This document shows, one piece after another, positions 7,308 to 13,523 of a stretch of DNA of 13,523 bases; within the stretch, counting starts at the first letter, position 1; each line of letters begins with the position of its first letter. This DNA is from a bacterium (lineage in GTDB: Bacteria > SZUA-182 > DTGQ01 > JAFGSM01). The position numbers and the translations under genes are program-made. A model generated the notes under the pieces. The model searched no databases, was not told the DNA's origin, and saw only the letters and a program-made list of their open reading frames with translations. The DNA lies in contig JBLIRP010000094.1 in NCBI GenBank assembly GCA_049472355.1, positions 1 to 13,523 on the forward strand, in the 5' to 3' direction.

Positions 7308-7783
7308 GGTGAGCCCTGCACGATGGACATTACCTCTCATCGTATATTCGAATTAAACCAATTGAAAAATAGAAGATACCAGACTAACGCCAAAAAAGAA
7401 TATTTTTTCATATTGTTAAAAATATAGAATACTCTATGCATAGTTGCAAAGTTTTTCATATACCCTGTGCCCTTTTCCACTGACCTTCCGCCTGATGAGC
7501 AAGGGAGATATGCTTGCGCCTGATCGGGAGGTGAGTGTCCCGGTTTCGAGGCCCTGTCCGGGGAGAGAAGAGAGCCCGACCGCAGTCCGTGTGTATGAGC
7601 TGCCCAGTAATCACAACGGGGTGCACGATTCCGCCTTCCACGGTGATAGATGAAAAGATGCGGCATTGTGCGGCGGCTCGGCGGGCGGGCACCACCGGGA
7701 ACGTTTTGACGGGCGGGCAAGGCTATGAGAAAATAACCTGAAGGCATGAAAGGCGTTTACATGACCCAGCGTCCCTAACAATT

Positions 7784-7802
7784 GGAATGGATTATCATTC
7801 AC
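7784..7802 (+). promoter_or_regulatory. Fur/PerR-family box-like site upstream of the superoxide reductase gene
   Basis: GGAATGGATTATCATTCAC matches 12/19 positions of GATAATGATAATCATTATC and contains a GAATG/CATTC dyad; it lies just before the RBS AAAGGAGGT at 7806-7814. Confidence 0.4.
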
Positions 7803-7822
7803 TCGAAAGGAGGTAAGTCCCA

Positions 7823-8218
7823 ATGGCCACATTCAGGGATTTATTACAATCTGCTGACTGGAAGCAGGAAAAGCACGTTCCCATCATCGAGTGTCCGAAA
7901 AGGATCAAGAAGGGTGAATTCTTCAGGATCGAGGTGAGCATCGGCAAGGAGGTGGCCCATCCCAACACCACCGGGCATCACATCCGATGGATCGCGGTTT
8001 ATTTTAAACCAAGGGAGGAGAAGTTCCCCTATCAGATAGGACGGACGGATTTCACCGCACACGGCGAGTCCAGTAAGGGTCCGGACACCAGTACGGTATA
8101 TACGCATCACGAGGTGGTCTTAAGCTTCAAAACCGACCTGCCGGGCACCGTCTTCGCAGCAAGTTATTGCAACATTCACGGATTGTGGCAAAATGCACAG
8201 GAAATAGACGTGGAATAA
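7823..8218 (+). CDS. sor: 1Fe superoxide reductase (neelaredoxin, class II SOR)
   Basis: EKHVP, HPNTTGHHI and YCNIHGLW iron-ligand motifs; no N-terminal desulforedoxin domain; strong RBS. Confidence 0.95.
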   Translation: MATFRDLLQSADWKQEKHVPIIECPKRIKKGEFFRIEVSIGKEVAHPNTTGHHIRWIAVYFKPREEKFPYQIGRTDFTAHGESSKGPDTSTVYTHHEVVLSFKTDLPGTVFAASYCNIHGLWQNAQEIDVE

Positions 8219-8232
8219 GGGATTGTGCCGAA

Positions 8233-8298
8233 GAGGACTCCTGCAGGCAGGATCCCCTCTTGCTGTAGCATGCCTTTGAGTCGGAAACCCAACCGACC
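8233..8298. terminator. Hairpins between the convergent sor and pncA genes
   Basis: AAGAGG..TCCTG-CAGG-CAGGA..CCTCTT stem, then GTCGG-N8-CCGAC; no strong U-tract. Confidence 0.35.
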
Positions 8299-8361
8299 AT
8301 GGGGAGGGAACGGAACTCCGGCAATCGTTGGTCCACGCTTTAAGGACGATACCGTCGCCGG

Positions 8362-8988
8362 TCACTGACCCAGCATTTTCACCACCGTATCGCTGGTGAT
8401 GATACGCGCCCCCTTGTGCTCCATTTCCTTGAATGCCCTGTCAACATCCCCGAGGTTCAGGTCGACGCCGCGAACACCGTCCCTAATCACCGTGACGCTA
8501 TACCCGAGTTCCAATGCATCCAGGGCGGTGAACTTGACACAATAGTCGGTGGCCAGGCCGGAAATAAAAAGTTCACCGATGCCTCTGTCATGCAGGTAGT
8601 CGTCAAGGGGTGTCTTGTTGATTCTCCGATTGTCGAAGAATGCGCTGTAGGAATCCACCCTGGGATCGGTTCCCTTGTGCAGCATGAAATCGCCTTCCCT
8701 TACTATGAGCCCCTCGTGCAGGCGGGCACCCCACGTGTTCTGGATACAGTGGTCAGGCCAGAGGATCTGAGGGATGGCGTCGACATCGATGACCTCGCCG
8801 GGCTTTTTGCCGTGCGTGGAGGCGAAACTCACATGATTTTTTGGGTGCCAGTCCTGGGTGAAGACCACGACATCGAAAAGGTCCCCTATCCTGTTTATGA
8901 CCGGGACTATATGATCCCCTTCATTCACCGGAATCGCCCCTTCGGGGCAGAAATCGTTCTGAACGTCCACGATGATGAGAGCATGCAT
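8362..8988 (-). CDS. pncA: Nicotinamidase/pyrazinamidase
   Basis: IIVDVQNDF (catalytic Asp), TQDWH, WPDHC, HKG (catalytic Lys), DSYSAF, GLATDYCV (catalytic Cys); RBS AGGAGGT. Confidence 0.96.
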   Translation of the reverse strand: MHALIIVDVQNDFCPEGAIPVNEGDHIVPVINRIGDLFDVVVFTQDWHPKNHVSFASTHGKKPGEVIDVDAIPQILWPDHCIQNTWGARLHEGLIVREGDFMLHKGTDPRVDSYSAFFDNRRINKTPLDDYLHDRGIGELFISGLATDYCVKFTALDALELGYSVTVIRDGVRGVDLNLGDVDRAFKEMEHKGARIITSDTVVKMLGQ

Positions 8989-9357
8989 CGTTTACCTCCT
9001 TTGTGGGATTTTCAAGGGATATTCTCTTCGGACACTCTGAAAAAGGCGGTTTGAGGATGGTCACAATGGGTGTCCGATTGTTGATTCCACTGCGGATATG
9101 TCGAGGTTCTTGTGCCCACTGCAGGTTTTATCCGGCATCTGATGGGAATCCACGATCAATGAAATTTCCCACGGGCGTTGCATGTGCCAGCCTTTGTACA
9201 GGCGGATTGACAGGAAAATAGGTTTGCTACTAAAGAGTATAAACCAAGGCATGTTATGAAATCAATTGTGATTCCATGGCGCTGGCACCGATGCCCGGGC
9301 AGAGGCTCTGTCGGGTAAAGGGTAGGATGGGGAGGATTAGGAGGATGTATGGAACCG

Positions 9358-11502
9358 TTAGGAGGATTCCTCCAATTCGATCTTTCGGATTGCCGCACTA
9401 TCGCGGAGCAGCTTCCTGACACCGCTTTTTCGCCAGATTTGCTCCAGGGGATAGCGGGTCTTCCTCCTCCAGTTAGGCCGCTCCTCTATGGTCCCAGGAA
9501 CGTTCTGGGGGAGGGTTTCCTGCCAGAGGTCCTCCAGGTTCACCAGCACAATCCTCACCGGGCTTTCGCACAGATAGAAAAGACAAGCCCGAAGGACAGC
9601 AGGGAGGTCGCCGCGGCTGTTCAGCCATGCCCCGTGTCGAAGAAGCCGTACGCAGAACTCCCTGATTCGTTTTCGTCGCTGTCTCTCCTTCCTGGCACCC
9701 CGGTGATCGAGAAGGCCCAGTGTCACCCGGTCGTCGATGTCCAGCCCTCGCCAGAAGGCGGCGAAGGTGGGCATATCGTGGGTGTTGAGCCCGGCCAGGG
9801 CGTTGGCAGGAACACCTTTGATCACCTTATGGGGGTTATCGGGGAGCTCAAATTGAAGGATATACATGTGCAACAGGTTATGGCGATCCATATCCCTGTT
9901 GACATAGGAGGGTACGGTTCCCAGGTTCTCCCCGATGATGAGGGAATCATGCCGGTGGGATTCAATGCTCAGGATGGCATAGAACTCATCCGCATGGTAG
10001 TGCACGTATACCCCCTGATCGGCCTCCATGCCTTCCGGTATCCAGAAGAGCCGATGAAGGCCCATCACGTGATCGATTCGAAGGAGCGATGCATGCTCGA
10101 GTTGCATGCGGAGCGAGGCTATGTAGTAGGCATAGCATTGCTCCCTGAGCCGATGGGGGTGGAGCGGCGGAAAACACCAGTTCTGCCCTTTGGAGAAGAA
10201 GGGATCGGGCGGGGCGCCTGCCGAGACCTCCGGGCAATAAAGCCCCTGGTCACGCCAGACATCGAAACTGTGGCGATGTACCCCCAGAGGCATGTCAAGG
10301 CAGAGCCCATGACCCAAGTCCTCCGCCTTTCGGGCCACCGATGCGAGTTGCTCCTGCACGACCCACTGGGCGTATAGATGGTACTGCATAGCGGCGAGTT
10401 CAAAATCATGGCTCGACAGGCTTCCTTCCCGGAGAGGGCTGGGCCATTCGGGCCAGGGGCGGCCTTGTGCCTCACAGGTTGACTGGAACCGGGCATATTC
10501 CTCTGCCAGGGGATGTGCCTCGAGATAGTGAAGGTATTCTTCGTAGCGGGAGGGGGGCCTCTCGGAAAAGAAAAAGGCGGCCAATCGCTCCATGATCCCT
10601 CTTTTCTGGGTAGCGTGACGGCGATAGTCCACCAGGGCGGATGTCTGCAGGGCTTCCAGTTCCCTTTTGAAATCGGAGGACCCAAGGATCGTTTGCGCCT
10701 CCCTGCAGTGTGCCAATTCCGGCACCCGTGTGACATCGATATACAGCTCGTTCCAAAAAAGGCGGCTTACAGGTGCATAGGGGCTCGGATCGAATACTTC
10801 GTTCAGGAAGGAGGCAAGGATTGGGGTGGTGGCGGTTATCTCAACCCCTGCTTCGGCCACCTGTGTAATAAGGGTCTCAAGGTCGGTGAGGTCCCCCGTA
10901 CCCCAGCTCCGTTTACTATGTAAGGCATAGATAGGGACAAATACCCCCAACTGTTTTTTGAAAGAGTTGCTGGAAGAGCCAAATGCCTTGATTGGAGAGG
11001 CGATGATCATCACCCGGAACAGATCCCTTCCCATCTCCATGGTAAGTTGATGGTATCCGATGGGGAGCCTGGCAGGAATGGTGAGCATTGTGACTACATA
11101 GGTGATCCCATCAATTTTCCTTAATGTTCGTGAAGGAATACGGGAAGGTGTGAAGATGAAATCATTCACCCCCCCATCCTCGGTCACGAGATGGCACCGG
11201 ATAGGCTCCTCTGCCCGGTCATGGGGAATACGCAGCTTCAAGCGTGCCGGTACTCCCTCCCACGCAACAACGACCGGTTCCACAAAACGGCCATACAGGA
11301 ATCGTCTGCGGGCCGCAAGCGTGTCCGGCACGTCTTGAAGGTCGTGTATATGGGCGCCTAGGGTCCGGAGCACTCGTATAAGGGCCTCCGGAGAGGCATG
11401 CCTGCGATTGCCCTCTACGTCATAGTAGGCAAGCTGTATTCCATATAATCTGGCCAGCTTGTGTAACTGTTTGATCAATGGATCGGTCATGATGCGCGTC
11501 AT
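9358..11502 (-). CDS. malQ: 4-alpha-glucanotransferase (amylomaltase, GH77, long MalQ type)
   Basis: WGTGDLTDL, SPYAPVSR, GAPPDPF..GQNW, RIDHVMG (nucleophile Asp), GENLG (acid/base Glu), THD, N-V-P-G-T...NWR. The start could be 11502 or 11490. Confidence 0.96.
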   Translation of the reverse strand: MTRIMTDPLIKQLHKLARLYGIQLAYYDVEGNRRHASPEALIRVLRTLGAHIHDLQDVPDTLAARRRFLYGRFVEPVVVAWEGVPARLKLRIPHDRAEEPIRCHLVTEDGGVNDFIFTPSRIPSRTLRKIDGITYVVTMLTIPARLPIGYHQLTMEMGRDLFRVMIIASPIKAFGSSSNSFKKQLGVFVPIYALHSKRSWGTGDLTDLETLITQVAEAGVEITATTPILASFLNEVFDPSPYAPVSRLFWNELYIDVTRVPELAHCREAQTILGSSDFKRELEALQTSALVDYRRHATQKRGIMERLAAFFFSERPPSRYEEYLHYLEAHPLAEEYARFQSTCEAQGRPWPEWPSPLREGSLSSHDFELAAMQYHLYAQWVVQEQLASVARKAEDLGHGLCLDMPLGVHRHSFDVWRDQGLYCPEVSAGAPPDPFFSKGQNWCFPPLHPHRLREQCYAYYIASLRMQLEHASLLRIDHVMGLHRLFWIPEGMEADQGVYVHYHADEFYAILSIESHRHDSLIIGENLGTVPSYVNRDMDRHNLLHMYILQFELPDNPHKVIKGVPANALAGLNTHDMPTFAAFWRGLDIDDRVTLGLLDHRGARKERQRRKRIREFCVRLLRHGAWLNSRGDLPAVLRACLFYLCESPVRIVLVNLEDLWQETLPQNVPGTIEERPNWRRKTRYPLEQIWRKSGVRKLLRDSAAIRKIELEESS

Positions 11503-12150
11503 GGGTCTTCCATATCGATGCTCAGGAGAATTTACTTGTCAACCTCAGGGTAAGGCATGCCCTCCTCATCCACGGTATGAAGACATGGATCATCTTATCC
11601 GGTCGGCTCAAGGATGATTGAATCATTGCAACCGATTTCTCCCAGCCTGGATAAAATCCGCTCCCGCTCAATTGCTCCCTTGCCGTGGGGAGGGGGGTAT
11701 CGTTATCTGCCTCGTTATAGCTAACGCGAGTCGGACCGGGGTGCCAGCAAAATGTGCCACCCAGGTGAAGACATTTCCGGTACTTGGCCATTCCCCCATA
11801 GCCAAGGTCACACTGTTCCCTTGTTGACCGTACACAATCCATTAAGGATATCATTGGCCTGTCCGAACATCAAATGGGTGGGCACATTTCCCAATGCCGA
11901 AGGCATGCTCAACGACAAAAATGTTTCGCTATCCGAGCGAATGCCTTTCCCTTCCCCTTTTTGTTATTAAGTGATCCTGAATGCTTCGCGTATATGTAAG
12001 TGTATAGTTACTTCAAAAATGGGTGTATTTCATAATACCAGGTATTACTTCGAAGCGAAAGAAACGAAGGAATGCATGCTGACTACAATGGAACGTCAGA
12101 ATTGGAATTGCAGCAGGGACAGGGAGTGAATTTTCTGCAAGGGTAAGATA

Positions 12151-12159
12151 TGATATAAT
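12151..12159 (+). promoter_or_regulatory. Extended -10 promoter element for the histidine kinase gene
   Basis: TGATATAAT equals TGn-TATAAT, about 70 nt upstream of ATG 12229 in an AT-rich patch; no good -35. Confidence 0.5.
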
Positions 12160-12228
12160 TATAATCGTAATTGGTGTATTCAGGGAAGGGATGCAGTTGG
12201 AGTACATGGTGAGGAAGGGGGGCGCAGG

Positions 12229-13485
12229 ATGTCGGAAGAATTGATGCACGAGATGTCCTATGAGATGGAGGGGGTAGTGCCCATCGCCGGGCTCATTATA
12301 TTGAGCCCCAGGGAACGGGCGTGCGTGGTCACGGTGGCACGGATGATCACCCCCCATACCCATGATTTGACCAGTGCATGGTCCACCATCTTTTTCAGCC
12401 ACCTCAGCACGCAAAAGGGGGTCCCCCTGGAAGAGATAATGAAACACCCCGAAAACATCTCCCTTCAGGCGCACCTCATCAGCCTCGTCGACGATCTTGC
12501 CCGGAATATCGGGGAGGATGATCTCGAAGGGTATGTAAGGCAGGTAGTGGAGTTGGGTGTGTGCATGGCCAAAGAGGATCTGCCCTTTGAAACCGTGGTG
12601 CAGGGGTTTCATTTTTTCGAGGTGGTCACCGACACCTTTTTGAGTGAGCGTTTTTCGGACAGCGCCGAGCTCTTCGAAACCCTCAAGTCCATGGATACCC
12701 TCTGCCACGCCACCCTGGCGGTTATCGCCAAGGAGTATTTCAATGAAAAGAACCGGCGGATAAACCTGCTGCAGGTTTCCCGGGCCGAAATGGTCACCGG
12801 ACTTGTGCATGACGTGAGGGACAAGCTCTCCTTCGGCAAGACCCTGCCTGATATGTACCGCAGCGGGGTGTTCGAGAAGAACCCCGAAAAGCTCGGGCAT
12901 TATATGGACATGCTCAAGGATATCATGGAGGAGGCCCTCGAGGTCATCACCCATGCCCTCGACTATGGCAAGATCATCGACGGCTCCTACAAGATTAAGG
13001 CGCGCAAGACGGACCTGGTGAGCCTGGTGAGAAGGATCGTGGAGCCGTTTATCAAGATCCTGGAGGATGAACATAAGAAGGTGTTCATCAACGGGCAGCT
13101 CTACAAGGGAGGACCTGTTGACCTGAAGGCCATGGCGTATGTGGACACCAAACAGATCGGCCGCGTGTTCGGCAGCCTTTTCGCGAATGCGGTGAAATAC
13201 ACACGCGATGAGATACGATTTACCTTCGAGGAGCGGGAGTGCTGTATTTGGTGCTCGGTTACTGATAACGGCATAGGGATCGCCGAGGAACACAAGAAAA
13301 AGATGTTTCATTCAGGGATTGCAGGGATACAGATCCCCGGTGACCACATGGAGGTGAATTACGGCATCTGCACCGATACGGTCAAAAGGATCGTCGAGTT
13401 GCACGGCGGGTCGATCGGTGTGGATTCATCGCCCGACACAGGGACCACCTTCTACTTCTGCATCCCTAAAAGCCCCAGCAGATAG
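12229..13485 (+). CDS. Soluble sensor histidine kinase: globin-like N-terminal domain, HisKA and HATPase_c
   Basis: H-box GLVHDVRDKL, N-box SLFANAVKYT, G1 DNGIGI, IVELHGGSI, GTTFYF; no TM helices. The N-terminal ~170 aa follow a protoglobin/RsbR-like helical pattern. Confidence 0.88.
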   Translation: MSEELMHEMSYEMEGVVPIAGLIILSPRERACVVTVARMITPHTHDLTSAWSTIFFSHLSTQKGVPLEEIMKHPENISLQAHLISLVDDLARNIGEDDLEGYVRQVVELGVCMAKEDLPFETVVQGFHFFEVVTDTFLSERFSDSAELFETLKSMDTLCHATLAVIAKEYFNEKNRRINLLQVSRAEMVTGLVHDVRDKLSFGKTLPDMYRSGVFEKNPEKLGHYMDMLKDIMEEALEVITHALDYGKIIDGSYKIKARKTDLVSLVRRIVEPFIKILEDEHKKVFINGQLYKGGPVDLKAMAYVDTKQIGRVFGSLFANAVKYTRDEIRFTFEERECCIWCSVTDNGIGIAEEHKKKMFHSGIAGIQIPGDHMEVNYGICTDTVKRIVELHGGSIGVDSSPDTGTTFYFCIPKSPSR

Positions 13486-13493
13486 GCTGTTTG

Positions 13494-13523
13494 CTACATC
13501 CCCTTCTTCATGATCTTTTCCAT
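13494..13523 (-). CDS. Probable 3' end of a convergent gene running off the window
   Basis: Minus strand reads MEKIMKKGM-TAG and stops 8 nt from the kinase stop; too short to identify. Confidence 0.35.
   Translation of the reverse strand: MEKIMKKGM

Noticed and set aside
7491..7520. CTGATGA followed by a GCAAG/CTTGC stem, resembling a hammerhead ribozyme core
   Set aside because: The required GAAA after stem II is missing (GCCT instead), and stems I and III are not evident.
9207..9233. TTGACA...TACTAA on the + strand, pointing antisense into the malQ 3' end
   Set aside because: The spacer is 15 nt and the -10 is imperfect; insufficient support.
9919..9933. GENLG instead of GEDLG in MalQ
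   Set aside because: The catalytic Glu is intact along with RIDH and THD; this is a minor variant, not evidence of inactivity.
9349..10377. Long antisense ORFs (9349-10377, also 3952-5163, 12013-13311, 5672-6403, 8416-9054, 995-1681)
   Set aside because: Shadow frames of well-supported genes in GC3-rich DNA, with no recognisable motifs.
11747..11760. TGGCACATTTTGC on the minus strand upstream of malQ, resembling a sigma54 site
   Set aside because: The GG-to-GC spacing is 8 nt rather than the required 10.
11522..11854. 110-aa ORF upstream of malQ and other short intergenic ORFs (7337-7747, 9003-9422)
   Set aside because: No RBS or motif support and atypical composition; a remnant cannot be excluded without blastx.

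Overview
Bacterial, moderately GC-rich window, probably from an anaerobe (it carries a superoxide reductase and an L-LDH). The left part (1-5360) looks like a decaying stress/accessory cluster. It holds a GAPDH (gap) pseudogene missing about 200 central codons, an intact exported protein with six BON domains, a GT4 glycosyltransferase pseudogene (nonsense codon plus internal deletions), an Fpg/Nei DNA glycosylase, an AI-2E family transporter and two short membrane-protein-like remnants. The remainder holds L-lactate dehydrogenase, an orphan Pro/aromatic-rich exported protein behind a sigma54-type promoter and a compact structured leader, a 1Fe superoxide reductase, nicotinamidase (pncA), 4-alpha-glucanotransferase (malQ) and a histidine kinase with a globin-like sensor lacking the proximal His and a degenerate G2 box. 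No rRNA, tRNA, CRISPR array or transposase was seen. All family calls come from motif recognition by eye; no searches were run.
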